The notes: generated from the letters alone by a model not told the origin. DNA of 64,000 nucleotides from Pseudomonadota bacterium (GCA_021792365.1 JAJYUT010000002.1:452313-516312); one strand, 5' to 3'; positions 40,453 through 50,891 are shown, counted from the stretch's first letter. Numbers and translations: made by a program.

Positions 40453-41178
40453 TCAGCTCAGTTCGGCGCGGCGGGCGATCCGTTCGACCTCGCGGCGGAC
40501 GAGCCGCTCGACAATCCCCTGCAGATTGGCATCCAGCCAGTCGCGCAGCATCGGCTCGACCGCCTGGCGCACCAGCGTCTCGACCAGCAATCCCTGGCCT
40601 GGCGATTGCACTTCAACCACGGTCTGTGCCCTCCGCGCGATGAGTTGCGCCATGACGGATGCCGACGCCTCCGCGACATCCGGAGAAACCAGCGGCGCCT
40701 CGCCAACACCCGGGCCAGTGACGTGTTCCGTCGGCTCTGCAATCGCCGGCGCGGGCCTCTGGGGCGGTTGCGGTGGTGGTGGTGGCGGCTCCGGCTGTGC
40801 CAATTCGATCTCCTCTTCCGCGGCCGGCTCAGGCGCGGGCGCGGGTTCATACTTGGGCTCAGGCTCAGGCTCAGGCTCTGGCTCTGGCTCGGACTCCGGT
40901 TCCGGTTCCGGTTCAGGCTCCGGCTCTGGTTCAGGCTCGGCCGCCGGCACTGGCTCCTCTGGAACCTCGTCCGTCAGCACCAGCTCTTCTTCCTCCTCCG
41001 CTGGCGAAGGAGGCGGCGGCGGCGCGGCCGCAACGGGCGGTGGCGATGGCGGCGCTACCGGGGCTGCTGCCTTCTTGTCCTGCGCATCATCCGTGCTTCC
41101 TTCCTCGGAAATGATGCGCCGAATCGAGGCGAGGATCTCCTCCATCGACGGTTCTTGCGTCGCTTTGGCGTCGTTCAT
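40453..41178 (-). CDS. popZ: Polar organizing protein PopZ (DUF2497)
   Basis: EPSMEEILASIRRII N-terminal helix, Pro/Glu disordered linker, and C-terminal LVRQAVEPMLRDWLDANLQGIVERLVRREVERI; between tolC and valS. Confidence 0.92.
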   Translation of the reverse strand: MNDAKATQEPSMEEILASIRRIISEEGSTDDAQDKKAAAPVAPPSPPPVAAAPPPPPSPAEEEEELVLTDEVPEEPVPAAEPEPEPEPEPEPEPESEPEPEPEPEPEPKYEPAPAPEPAAEEEIELAQPEPPPPPPQPPQRPAPAIAEPTEHVTGPGVGEAPLVSPDVAEASASVMAQLIARRAQTVVEVQSPGQGLLVETLVRQAVEPMLRDWLDANLQGIVERLVRREVERIARRAELS

Positions 41179-41351
41179 GACCTCGTCCCCGGAGGCACTG
41201 CTCCCGGCGTACAAACCAAATTGGCGCCATCGACTGGCCTTTCCCCGGCAAAGTCGGGCGCAACCCAAGCAATCCTAGCCACTTCGGCAGGGTTTCTCAA
41301 GGAACGGGTTATGTCGCCACCAATCCGGCGGCAGTCCGCCGGTTCAACGCG

Positions 41352-42722
41352 TCAGTCAACGCTGGGCCCCGTGCCGAAGAACTTATTCCGGACCTTATCG
41401 TAATGCCGGGTCGGGTCATAATATTCCACATTCAGGCCCAGGTTCTGCGCGGTCAGGCCGCCGGCCGAGGCCAGCAGGCGATACTCCGCGACCACATGTT
41501 CGGTCTGGGCGGAAACCAGGTTGACCTGCGCGTTCAGCAGTTCCTGCTGCGCGTCCAGCACGTCCAGGATGGTGCGGGCGCCGACCTCCTGCTCCTGCCG
41601 GACGCCGTCGAGGGCGATCTGGCTGGCGCGCACCTGCTCCTCGAAGGACCGCGCCTGCGCGATCACCGTCTGAAAAGCGGTCCAGGCGTTCACCGCCTCC
41701 TGCTCCGCCGCGCGCAGGGCCTCGTCCGTCAGGCGCCGCGACTGCATGTAGCGCTGCTTGGACTGGCGCACCCGGGAATCCGGCGCGCCGGCCTGATAAA
41801 GCGGGATCGTCACCTGTCCGATGATCGATCCGACATCGGCCTCGCTGTCGCGCTGCCCGATATCCTCCTGGCGCTGATAGCTGCCCTCGATGGCGACGGT
41901 GGGCAGCATCTCGCTGAACTGCACGTCGATGTCGTCCTTGGCGGCGCGCTCCTCGAACTCGGCCGATTGCACGTCCGGCGCGCCGCGCGACAGCGCCAGC
42001 GATTCCTCGCGGCTGGTGGGGAGCTGCGGCCGGTCCGCCGGCATTTCGACATCCACCGGATCCTGGCCGATCACCTGCCGGTAGATCGCGCGGGAGGTCG
42101 TCAACTGGCCCTCCGCCTGGATGCGGGCAGCCACCGCGCCCTGCAGGCGGGCTTCCGCCTGCGCCACGTCGGTGCGCGTCAGCTCGCCCACTTCGAAGCG
42201 CGCGTCGGTCGCCTCGAGCTGGGCCTGCAGCACCTTTTCGTTGTTGCGGTTGAGCTCGAGCACCGCGGCATCGCGCACGACGTTCATATAGGCCGTGACG
42301 GCGTTCAGCAGCACCGTCTGCTCCGCGCTGGTGAGCTGGGCGCGTCCCGCCCGCACGAGATTCTCGGCCTGGGACGTTCCGGCGACGGTGCCGAAACCGT
42401 CGAAGATCGGTTGGCGCAGGGTGACGCCGTAGCTGCGCGGGTTCATCTCCTCGCTCTGCGAGATCGGCGCACGCTGATTGTCCCACTCATGCCCGCCCTG
42501 CACGGAGCCAAGAACCGTCGGGCGCCATTCCGAAAGCGCCTGCGGGACACCCTCGTCGGTCGCTCGCAACTGGGCGCGCGCGGCTTCCAGGGTGGGGTTG
42601 GTCGCATAGGCTGTCGCCAGCGCCTCATGGAGGCCGGCCGCCTGTGCGGCGCCAGGAACGCTCGCCGCGGTCACCAGCACCGCGCAGAACAGCGCGCGCC
42701 GGAAGTGCTGCCTGGCGGACAT
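41352..42722 (-). CDS. tolC: TolC family outer membrane protein
   Basis: ALATAYATNPTLEAARA, RFEVGELTRTDVAQAEARL and EVGARTILDVLDAQQEL; conserved pcm-tolC-popZ-valS cluster. Confidence 0.92.
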   Translation of the reverse strand: MSARQHFRRALFCAVLVTAASVPGAAQAAGLHEALATAYATNPTLEAARAQLRATDEGVPQALSEWRPTVLGSVQGGHEWDNQRAPISQSEEMNPRSYGVTLRQPIFDGFGTVAGTSQAENLVRAGRAQLTSAEQTVLLNAVTAYMNVVRDAAVLELNRNNEKVLQAQLEATDARFEVGELTRTDVAQAEARLQGAVAARIQAEGQLTTSRAIYRQVIGQDPVDVEMPADRPQLPTSREESLALSRGAPDVQSAEFEERAAKDDIDVQFSEMLPTVAIEGSYQRQEDIGQRDSEADVGSIIGQVTIPLYQAGAPDSRVRQSKQRYMQSRRLTDEALRAAEQEAVNAWTAFQTVIAQARSFEEQVRASQIALDGVRQEQEVGARTILDVLDAQQELLNAQVNLVSAQTEHVVAEYRLLASAGGLTAQNLGLNVEYYDPTRHYDKVRNKFFGTGPSVD

Positions 42723-42730
42723 CAGCACGT

Positions 42731-43381
42731 CTAGAACACGAAGCCGGCCGGCGCGCCAAAGCCGGGCAATGGCGCGACATTGGCGTCGAACAGCACGCGG
42801 CGGGACACGGCCCCGCCGCTCTTGATCCACAGGCTGGCGCGTCCAACACCGCGATCCCGCAGCACGCCGACCATGCGGCCGCCTTCGGCCAGCTGGCTTG
42901 TCAAGGTTGATGGCATCTGCTCCACCGCGCCATCCAGATAGATGATGTTGTACGGCGCATGCTTGGGGCAACCTGCATTGAGCGGGCCCTCGAAGACGAC
43001 GGCATTGTCGATCGCCAACTCTCCGAAGACCGCGCTCGCCCGTTGCGCCAGCAGCGGCTCGGATTCCAGTGCGACAACGGTATGAGCAAGCTGTGCGAGC
43101 AATGCCGCTGCATAGCCCGTGCCGCCCCCGACCACCAGCGCCATGTCCTCCGCCTTCGCGTCCGCCTCCTGGATCAGGCGCGCGCTGACCATCGGCTCCA
43201 TCAGGTAGCGGCCCGGCGCGATCTCCACGTCGTCGTCCAGATAGGCGCGCGCCCGCGCACGCTCCGGCACGAAGCGCTCGCGCGGCAGGGAGCGGATTGC
43301 CTCGATCAGGCGCTCATCCGTGACCCTGTTGGTGCGGACCTGACTGTTCACCATGTGCTGGCGCGCGATTGCATAATCCAT
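42731..43381 (-). CDS. pcm: Protein-L-isoaspartate O-methyltransferase family
   Basis: ARQHMVNSQVRTN, LPRERFVP, LVVGGGTGYAAALLA and YNIIYLDGAVE. Confidence 0.88.
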   Translation of the reverse strand: MDYAIARQHMVNSQVRTNRVTDERLIEAIRSLPRERFVPERARARAYLDDDVEIAPGRYLMEPMVSARLIQEADAKAEDMALVVGGGTGYAAALLAQLAHTVVALESEPLLAQRASAVFGELAIDNAVVFEGPLNAGCPKHAPYNIIYLDGAVEQMPSTLTSQLAEGGRMVGVLRDRGVGRASLWIKSGGAVSRRVLFDANVAPLPGFGAPAGFVF

Positions 43382-43638
43382 TTTCAAAATCCGCCCTCTC
43401 CGCTGAGGTCCTTCAACCCGCTGCCGCGATTGGTCTTGCCGCCAATTCCCGCCGCCTGTCCAATGACGATTCCGGGAACGGTTATAGCTGCCGGGCTGCC
43501 CGAACTCAACGCGGCGTGCCGCCGCCCACGGCCGATGCGGGTCGGGTTGCGCGTGCTTGACCGCCTCATCCGCCCGCCCTATACGTGCCTCGCCAAATAC
43601 GGCCGCCCCCTCGGGACCCTCCTGATCCGGCCGCTTCC

Positions 43639-43712
43639 GGCCCGGTGGCAGAGTGGCCATGCAGAGGACTGCAAATCCTCGTACGTCGGTTCGATTCCGG
43701 CCCGGGCCTCCA
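43639..43712 (+). tRNA. tRNA-Cys (GCA)
   Basis: 74 nt GGCCCGG...CCGGGCC-T-CCA acceptor stem, D arm GCAGAGTGGCCATGC, anticodon arm GAGGA-CTGCAAA-TCCTC and T loop GGTTCGATTCC. Confidence 0.96.
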
Positions 43713-43763
43713 AAGTCCATTCCTTCGGCGAGACCCCGCGGCGAGCGGCGTGTGACGCAGCAA

Positions 43764-45032
43764 TCAGCCCGGCGGCTGGCCCGGCTGCTTGCGATCCAGC
43801 TCCGTGAAGCGGTCCAGATTGCGCAGCACCGGAAACAGGCCGGCCCAGGAAAGCGTGACCAGCAGGGTCATGCTGCCGCCCACCAGGACCGCCCCCACCG
43901 GTCCGAGCAGCGCGCCGCCCGTTCCGGCCACGAACATGCCCAGCTCATTGGAGGCCCCGATGAACACGGATTCGACCGCGGTGACCCGGCCGCGCAGCGC
44001 ATCGGGGGTCGCCAGCGGGACGAGCGTGCCGCGGATATAGACGCTGACCATATCGGCCGCGCCGAGCACCAGCAGCGCGGCAAAGGAAAGCCAGTAGTCG
44101 CGCGACAGGCCGAACACGATCACCGCGATTCCGAACACCCCGACCGCCATGAACAGGCGCCGCCCGACATGGCGCTGCAGCGGGACCTGCGTCAGCAGCA
44201 GGGCGGTCAGCGTCGCGCCGGCACCCTGGGCGCTGCGCAGCAGGCCGCCGGCATCCGCGCCGACATGCAGGATGTCCTGCGCGAAAACCGGGATCAGCGC
44301 CGTTGCGCCCGAGAACAGGACGGCGAACAGGTCGAGCGAGATGGTGCCGAGCAGCAGGCGATTGCGGACGATCAGAACCAGTCCCGCCAGGATCGCCGCC
44401 AGGTTGCCCTCCCCCTCGCCCTTCGGCGGCGCCGCGACGGCACGGCTGCGCATCAGGAAGGCGCACAGGGATGCGCCCGCAAACCCGATCGCAGCGCCGC
44501 CATAGGCCATCGCCGGGTCGATCCAATAGAGCAGGCCGCCGAGGCCGGGACCGGCGATGGTGGCGACCTGCCAGCTGGTCGAGGACCAGGCAACGGCGCT
44601 GGCGAAGTGCTCCCTGGGCATCAGGCTGGGCATCATCGCCCGCGCCGCCGGGGTCGCGACCGCGCGCGCCACGCCGAAGCAAAGGGCGATCGAGAGGATC
44701 GCCAGCTCGGTGATCCGGTCGGTGGTGGCAAGGCTCACGAGGGTCAGCGCGGCAACGAGTTCGGCGGCAAAGCCGATCAGGATCAGGCGGCGGCGATCGA
44801 GCCGGTCCGCCATGTGGCCCGCCGGCAGCGCCAGCAGGGCGGCCGGCAGGAACTCCGCCAGCCCGACGAGGCCGAGCTGGAACGGATCGCGGGTGATCTC
44901 ATAGATGTGCCAGGCCAGCGCCGTGGCCTGGACCTGCAGCGCGATGGTGGAGAGGAAGCTGGCGCCGAGGTAAAGGGAGAAGTCCCGCGCCCTCAGTGCG
45001 GCCAGACTGGATCCCCGCGTGTTCGCTGTCAT
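43764..45032 (-). CDS. MFS transporter (DHA3/EntS-like)
   Basis: About 12 TM segments; GHMADRLDRRR loop motif and TPDALRGRV in the C-terminal half. Confidence 0.9.
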   Translation of the reverse strand: MTANTRGSSLAALRARDFSLYLGASFLSTIALQVQATALAWHIYEITRDPFQLGLVGLAEFLPAALLALPAGHMADRLDRRRLILIGFAAELVAALTLVSLATTDRITELAILSIALCFGVARAVATPAARAMMPSLMPREHFASAVAWSSTSWQVATIAGPGLGGLLYWIDPAMAYGGAAIGFAGASLCAFLMRSRAVAAPPKGEGEGNLAAILAGLVLIVRNRLLLGTISLDLFAVLFSGATALIPVFAQDILHVGADAGGLLRSAQGAGATLTALLLTQVPLQRHVGRRLFMAVGVFGIAVIVFGLSRDYWLSFAALLVLGAADMVSVYIRGTLVPLATPDALRGRVTAVESVFIGASNELGMFVAGTGGALLGPVGAVLVGGSMTLLVTLSWAGLFPVLRNLDRFTELDRKQPGQPPG

Positions 45033-45175
45033 GATCGGAGCTCAGCAGGCCAAAACTCGTGGTGACGCTAACGGCATCGCGTCCGACGGCAACGCACTTG
45101 CAAATCATGCAAAAACCGCGCGTGACGAGCACGCGCGGTTTGCTGTCGAAAACGCTTGGCGCGGTGCGGGTCGGC

Positions 45176-46585
45176 TCAGCCGCCCTCGCCCGGCGCGGTG
45201 GTCTCGAACTCCGCCTCGCCCGGCGTCGCTTCGGTCGGGAAGGCGACGCCCAGCGCCTGCACCAGCTCGCCCTGCGCGGCGAGGATGCGGTAGTTGGCGA
45301 ACATCTCCTCGTAGGAGGCGGTGATCAGGTCGTTGCGCGACAGGAAGAGCTCGTTGGTCGCGTCCAGCAAGTCGAGCAGGCTGCGCTGGCCGATGTCGAA
45401 CTGCTGCGCGTAGACGTCGCGCGTGTTCTGGTTGGCCTCGACCTGGTCGGTCAGGGTCTCGATGGCGTCCCGCTGCGTCTCGCGCGCGCTCCACGACAGG
45501 CGGATATCCTCCGCTACCGCGCGCTCCTGGACGCGGAGCTCCTCCTGCGCTTCGGCCTTGCGCCACTTGAACTCGCGCACCCGCGCGAGGTCCGCGCCGC
45601 CGCGATAGAGATTGTAGCGCGCGACCAGCAGGAACGTCGCGTTGTAGGTGGTGTTCTCGAGGCCGTTATTGTGGCGGTTGTTGTTGCCGATGACCTCCAG
45701 GTCGAGACGCGGATAGAGCGGCGCGGCCTCCTTGTCGATTTCGGCATCGGCGACGCGCACGTCGGCCTGCGCCAGCAGCACCTTCGGGTTGGTGGTCAGG
45801 CCGCGCGCCACCGATTCCTCCTCCGACGGCGCGATCATCGAGCCGTCCAACGTCACCGGCTCCAGCTCCTGCGGCTCGACGCCGATCACCCTCTGGAATA
45901 CGGCGCGGGCATCGCGCAGGTCGCCTTGGATCTCGTTGAGCGCGGTGCGGGCGGTCGCCAGGCGCGCTTCCGCCTGACGGACGTCGGCCACGTTGCCGCC
46001 GCCAAGCTCGGAGCGACGCTGAACGAGGCCCAGCGTCGCCTCGTGGGCGCGGACGTTCTCCTCCGCGTTCTGCACGCGTTCGGTGTGGCGCAGCACGTCA
46101 AGGTAGGACTGGGTGGCGTCGAGCGCCGTGACATGGCCCTGGTCCTGGATTCGGTGGCCGGCGGAGGCCAAGCGCTGCTTCTGCCGCTCGACTTCGGAAT
46201 CGGTCTCGAAGCCGTCGAAGATCCGCTGCTGCAGCGTGATCTGGGCGTCGCGGCGGCCATAGAGCCAGCGGCCCTTGTCATGGATGCCCTGATTGGTCTC
46301 CGCGCTGCCGCGGTCCGTGGTCTCGTTTTCGGAGAACTCGATCCCAGCATCCAGGCGGATGTCGATCTGCGGATAATAAAGCGCCCGCGCCTGCCGCAAT
46401 TCAAAGTCGATCGCACGGCGGTTTTTGACCGTCACGCCCACTTCAGGATTGGTGGCGATCACCAAACCCACCGCGTCCTGGAGCGACATCGCGAACGACG
46501 GCCCCGCAAAACCCGCTACACCCGTCAACAGCGCCGTGCCAAGCAGCAGCGCAGTACGACGAAGCGACAAAGCTCGCATCTTCAT
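45176..46585 (-). CDS. T1SS outer membrane channel (TolC/LapE-like)
   Basis: Signal peptide, MSLQDAVGLVIATNPEV, QRIFDGFET and QQFDIGQRSLLDLLDATNELF; adjacent to hlyD. Confidence 0.92.
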   Translation of the reverse strand: MKMRALSLRRTALLLGTALLTGVAGFAGPSFAMSLQDAVGLVIATNPEVGVTVKNRRAIDFELRQARALYYPQIDIRLDAGIEFSENETTDRGSAETNQGIHDKGRWLYGRRDAQITLQQRIFDGFETDSEVERQKQRLASAGHRIQDQGHVTALDATQSYLDVLRHTERVQNAEENVRAHEATLGLVQRRSELGGGNVADVRQAEARLATARTALNEIQGDLRDARAVFQRVIGVEPQELEPVTLDGSMIAPSEEESVARGLTTNPKVLLAQADVRVADAEIDKEAAPLYPRLDLEVIGNNNRHNNGLENTTYNATFLLVARYNLYRGGADLARVREFKWRKAEAQEELRVQERAVAEDIRLSWSARETQRDAIETLTDQVEANQNTRDVYAQQFDIGQRSLLDLLDATNELFLSRNDLITASYEEMFANYRILAAQGELVQALGVAFPTEATPGEAEFETTAPGEGG

Positions 46586-46723
46586 GGTTATCCCCCAAAT
46601 GCAGACAAATTGGCTGCGGCCCCCGAGGACCCTCTGCAGCGATCTAACTGTTTCGGAACCCTATACTAAGATTGTGTCCCTTTGATTGTAGTACCAGATT
46701 TACCATTCCCCCGCACCTGTTTT

Positions 46724-48052
46724 TTAACGCTCGGACAGGGCGGTATCCCTCGCTTTCAGGATCGGCTTCAACAGGTATGCTAGGACCGTTTTCTTTCCCG
46801 TTAAGATATCCACGGTCGCGGTCATGCCGGGAATGATCTGGAGTTCGTTGCCCTCCTTGCCGGTCAGGTAGTTTCGATCGGTGCGCAGGCGCACCCGGAA
46901 GAACAGCTCCTTCTTCTCGTTTTCGATGGCATCTGCGCTGATCTGCTCGACCTTCGCATCCAGGCCGCCATAGATGCTGTAGTCATAAGCCGTGATCTTG
47001 ATCTTGGCGTCCTGGTCTGGGGCGATGAAGCCGCGGTCCTGCGGCCGGATCTGCGCCTCGATCAGCAGGGTGTCCTCGATTGGGACGATCTCCATCAGCT
47101 GCTCGGCGGGCTGCAGCACGGCGCCCAGGGTGTGGAACTTGATCTGCTTCACCGTGCCGTAGACCGGCGAGCGCAGGCTCTGCTCGCTGCCCTGCTCCAC
47201 CGCCCCGTACAGCAGGGCGGCGACCGAGGCCAGCTCCGCGCGGTGCTGGTTCATCTGCTGCGCGGCCTCGGCGCGGAAGGTGGCGTCGATCTCCTTGAGC
47301 TTGGCTTGCACCTCGGCCAGGGCGGCGCGGGCCGGCGGCCGCGAGGCCTCGGCATTGGAGATCTCGGACTGGTATTGCTGCACTTCCTGCTGGGCCCGCA
47401 GCAGGTCGACCTTGGAGGCGATGTTGTTCAGCACCATCGGCTCCAGGATGTTCACCTGCTGCTGCGCGATGTTCAGGCTCTTGCGCGCGGTCGAGACCTT
47501 GGTGTCGATCTGGCGCAGCTCCGATTCCTTGGTCTCGATCTGCTGGTGGAGCGTCGCGCGCTGCGACTGAACCTGCTGCTGGCGGATGATGAAGACCGAT
47601 TTCTCGGTCTCGACCACTTCCGGCGCCTCGGCGATCAGGTCGGCCGGGAAGATGATCTCCGACGGGTCGCTCTTGCCGGCGATCTCCGCCTGGAGGCGCG
47701 CCAGGGCCGCCGAGGACGTCCATTTGCGCTGGCGCAGCTCCGCCTCGTTGGTTTCCAGCTCGGTGTTGTCGAGCACGGCAACCACCTGCCCGGCCTCGAC
47801 GATGTCGCCTTCGCGCACGTTGAGCTGCTTGATCTTGCCGCCCTTGACGCTCTGGATCACCTGGGTCTGGCTGGACGGGATGACCTTGCCCTCGCCGCGC
47901 GTGATCTCGTCCAGCACCGCGTAGTTCGCCCACACCAGGCCGATCACGACGATAGCGACCAGCGTGACCAGCAGCAGGTGGCCGAACAGCTTGGTGCCTT
48001 CGCGCTCCGTCTCGGAGGGGTCGATCCACAGATCCCGGTTGGTCAGCGACAT
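46724..48052 (-). CDS. T1SS periplasmic adaptor (HlyD/LapC-like)
   Basis: One TM, EITRGEGKVIP, coiled coil, LRSPVYGTV, KIKITAYDYSIYGGL and IIPGMTATVDILTGKKTVLAYLLKP. Confidence 0.94.
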   Translation of the reverse strand: MSLTNRDLWIDPSETEREGTKLFGHLLLVTLVAIVVIGLVWANYAVLDEITRGEGKVIPSSQTQVIQSVKGGKIKQLNVREGDIVEAGQVVAVLDNTELETNEAELRQRKWTSSAALARLQAEIAGKSDPSEIIFPADLIAEAPEVVETEKSVFIIRQQQVQSQRATLHQQIETKESELRQIDTKVSTARKSLNIAQQQVNILEPMVLNNIASKVDLLRAQQEVQQYQSEISNAEASRPPARAALAEVQAKLKEIDATFRAEAAQQMNQHRAELASVAALLYGAVEQGSEQSLRSPVYGTVKQIKFHTLGAVLQPAEQLMEIVPIEDTLLIEAQIRPQDRGFIAPDQDAKIKITAYDYSIYGGLDAKVEQISADAIENEKKELFFRVRLRTDRNYLTGKEGNELQIIPGMTATVDILTGKKTVLAYLLKPILKARDTALSER

Positions 48053-48056
48053 ACCC

Positions 48057-50840
48057 CTACTCCCTGGCCTGGACGCGCCCGCCCATCAGGGCCTCGAGCA
48101 CGCCCGATTTCGGACCGTCAGCCACCACCTTGCCACGGTCCAGCACGATCAGCCGGTCGACCAGCGCCAGCATGGAATGCCGGTGCGTCACCAGGATGAT
48201 GGTCTTGCCGCGCGCGATGGTGGCGAGGCGCTGCTTGAAGGCGGCCTCGGTGCTGTTGTCCATGGAGCTGGTCGGCTCGTCGAACACCATGATCTGCGGG
48301 TTGAGCAGCAAGGCGCGTGCGACCGCCACCGACTGCCGCTGCCCGCCGGAGAGCATGCGGCCGTTCTCGCCCACCGGCATGTCGTAGCCGAGCGGATGCT
48401 GCCGCACGAACTGGTCGACGCCGGAAAGCGTCGCGGCGCGGATCACCGACGCCTCGTCCACATAGGGCGCGCCCAGCGTGATGTTGTCCTTCACCGAGCC
48501 GTAGAACAGGTGCGGGTCCTGCAGCACGCAGCCGATGTTCTGCCTGAGGTCGGTCGGGTCGAGCTGGCGGATGTCCGTGCCGTCCACCAGCACCGCGCCT
48601 TCGGTCGGCTCGTAGAGTCCGAGGATCAGGCGCTCGATGGTGGTCTTGCCCGAGCCGATGCGGCCGAGGATGCCGACCCGCTCGCCCGGCTGGACCCGGA
48701 ACGAGACGCCGTCCAGCGCCGCCGTCTGCGCGCTCGGATACTTGAAGGTGACGTTGCGGAACTCGATCGCGCCCTCGATCCGCGGGCGGCGGATGAAGAC
48801 CTTGCCGCGCGGCCGCTCGACCGGCAGCTCCATCAGCTTGTTGAGCCCCTTGAGCGAGGTGAAGGACTGGTGGAAGCGAATGATGAGGCCGGCGATCTGG
48901 CCAAGCGGCGCCATGGCGCGGCCGGTCAGCATCGAGGCGGCGATCAGCGCGCCGGTCGTCATGTAGATGTCGCTCTCGGGACCGGTCGCGAAGATCCGGT
49001 AGCAGCCCCAGACGATGACGCCTGTGGTCGCGAGGTTGCTGGCCAGCATCACGAAATTGATGCCGAGGGTCGACCAGCGCTTCGAGGTCTCCGACGATGC
49101 TGACGAGGCCGCGACATAGCCGTCCCAGTTGCGCTGCATCTGGCCCTCGGCCGAGGTGGCCTTGATCATGTCGAGGCCGTTGATCGCCTCGACCAGGGTG
49201 GCGTGCTTCTGCGAGGTCTCGCGGTAGGAGCGCTCTACCGCCTTGCTCATCGGGAACTGCACCAGGATGCTGACAATGATCACGATCGGGATCAGCACGG
49301 CGGGCACGGTCACCACCGGCCCGGCGATGAGGAAGATGATGACCAGGAAGATCAGGATGAACGGCAGGTCGATCAGCGCCGACAGGCTGGCCGAGGTGAA
49401 GAAGTCGCGCAGCGTCTCGTATTGCTGCACGTTGCTGGCGAAGGCGCCGGAGGATTGCGGGCCGGCCGCCATCTTGATCGACAGGATATGCTCGAAGATC
49501 GCCGAGGAAACCTTGCGGTCCAGCGCCTTGCCCGCCTTGTCCAGGAACACCGCGCGCATGGTGCGCAGGGCGAAGTCGAACAGGTAGATGAGCAGCACGC
49601 CGAGCGCCAGCACCCACAGCGTCTCCTGCGCCTTGTTCGGCACCACGCGGTCATAGACCTGCATGGCGAAGATCGAGGAGGCGATGGTGAAGAGGTTCAT
49701 CAGCAGCGCCGCCACCACGACCTCGACATAGATCGGGGTGTGGCGCATCACCTCGCCCCAGAACCAGTTGCGCTCGCGCGCTTCGGTCATTTCCGAGGAG
49801 CGGCTGTCGAGCCGGATCTTGGGCCGGACCACCAGCATGGTCCCGGTGTACTGCTCCTCGATCTCGGAGACCGGCGCGGTCACGATGCCGTCGAGATTGT
49901 CGGTGGTCGCGATGTCGATCTTGCCGCCCTTGACGGGCGCGAGCATCACGACTGCCTGGTGATCCTTCAGCAGCAGCACGGCGGGCAGGTTGATCGACTT
50001 GGTCTCCGCGAGGGTGCGGCGCACCTTGCTGGCCGCGAGACCGGCATTCTCCGCCGCGCGCACGAACAGGTCCGGCGTCATGCCGGCTTCGCCGATCGGC
50101 AGGCCGGCGGCCAGCGCCGCCAGCGATTTCGGATTCCCGAACAGGCGAGTCAGGATGACGAGGCAGGACAGCAGCGCATCGGACCGCATCTCCACGTCGC
50201 TCAGTTCCGGCAGTCCGGCCTCCGCCGCCATGGCGGGGACATTGGACGCGGCCGGCGTGGGCCGGCCCGCCTGGATACCCGTTGCCTGCATGCCGGTCCC
50301 CTGGACGCCGGCAGGCTGGGCCGCAGGCTGGGCCGCAGGCTGGGCGGCAGGTTGGGCAACAGGTTGGGCGGCAGGTTGGGCGGCCGGCCGAGCGGTGGCT
50401 GACGGCGCGCCCGCGGTTATGTGGGACTGGCCGGAAAGCGGCTGACCGGCAGAGGGTTGCCCAGCCGGTTGCCCAGTAGGTTGCCGGGCGGCGCCCGGCG
50501 CGGGCTGCGCGGCCGGTTGCGCGGGATTGAGGCGGGCGCCCTGGGTGATGGCCGTCTGGAAAGCGTTGTGCGCAGCGTTTGCCGTGGAGGCGGCGGCAAT
50601 GGGCGCAGCGGCAATGGGCGCAGCGGCAATGGGCGCGGCGGCAATGGGTGCGGCCGCAATGGGGGCAGTGGCGCCGGGTGCAGTGGCATTGATCGCCGCC
50701 GGTGCGGGCCCGGCATTCGGCACGACGAACATCGGATCGGCGCGCCGGGCGGCCGCGGTGTCACCCGTCTTGGCGGCGGCCGGGCCGGAATCGTTGGCCG
50801 TAGGCTTGGGTGTGCCCGGCGAGGGCTTGGCGGCGTCCAT
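48057..50840 (-). CDS. T1SS permease/ATPase (LapB/LssB-like) with about 210-aa low-complexity N-terminal extension
   Basis: C39-like domain (DALLSCL...LPAVLLL), MQVYDRVVPN, Walker A GRIGSGKT, LSGGQRQ and VFDEPTSSMD. Confidence 0.94.
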   Translation of the reverse strand: MDAAKPSPGTPKPTANDSGPAAAKTGDTAAARRADPMFVVPNAGPAPAAINATAPGATAPIAAAPIAAAPIAAAPIAAAPIAAASTANAAHNAFQTAITQGARLNPAQPAAQPAPGAARQPTGQPAGQPSAGQPLSGQSHITAGAPSATARPAAQPAAQPVAQPAAQPAAQPAAQPAGVQGTGMQATGIQAGRPTPAASNVPAMAAEAGLPELSDVEMRSDALLSCLVILTRLFGNPKSLAALAAGLPIGEAGMTPDLFVRAAENAGLAASKVRRTLAETKSINLPAVLLLKDHQAVVMLAPVKGGKIDIATTDNLDGIVTAPVSEIEEQYTGTMLVVRPKIRLDSRSSEMTEARERNWFWGEVMRHTPIYVEVVVAALLMNLFTIASSIFAMQVYDRVVPNKAQETLWVLALGVLLIYLFDFALRTMRAVFLDKAGKALDRKVSSAIFEHILSIKMAAGPQSSGAFASNVQQYETLRDFFTSASLSALIDLPFILIFLVIIFLIAGPVVTVPAVLIPIVIIVSILVQFPMSKAVERSYRETSQKHATLVEAINGLDMIKATSAEGQMQRNWDGYVAASSASSETSKRWSTLGINFVMLASNLATTGVIVWGCYRIFATGPESDIYMTTGALIAASMLTGRAMAPLGQIAGLIIRFHQSFTSLKGLNKLMELPVERPRGKVFIRRPRIEGAIEFRNVTFKYPSAQTAALDGVSFRVQPGERVGILGRIGSGKTTIERLILGLYEPTEGAVLVDGTDIRQLDPTDLRQNIGCVLQDPHLFYGSVKDNITLGAPYVDEASVIRAATLSGVDQFVRQHPLGYDMPVGENGRMLSGGQRQSVAVARALLLNPQIMVFDEPTSSMDNSTEAAFKQRLATIARGKTIILVTHRHSMLALVDRLIVLDRGKVVADGPKSGVLEALMGGRVQARE
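50311..50382 (-). repeat. Six tandem 12-bp coding repeats (AQPA/AQPV) in the T1SS ATPase extension
   Basis: Units of GCAGG(C/T)TGGGC(C/G/A) read directly on the + strand. Confidence 0.85.
50593..50667 (-). repeat. Five tandem 15-bp coding repeats (APIAA) in the T1SS ATPase extension
   Basis: Units of GCGGCAATGGGCGCA with few substitutions. Confidence 0.88.
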
Positions 50841-50891
50841 GGTACCTTCGATCCGGCTTCCTGCAGTCGCGTGTACTACTGCATTGTTAAG

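Noticed and set aside
40830-40945. Pro-Glu microsatellite-like repeats
   Set aside because: Expected property of the PopZ disordered linker; not novel.
39118-41403. Long antisense or alternative-frame ORFs (also 12021-13928, 28202-30112, 36853-38544, 45059-46669 and many others)
   Set aside because: Typical stop-poor shadows of high-GC genes, with no motifs and overlapping well-supported genes on the opposite strand.
43639-46585. tRNA-Cys as integration site for the T1SS/adhesin locus
   Set aside because: No integrase, no duplicated tRNA 3' end seen in the window, and no obvious compositional break.
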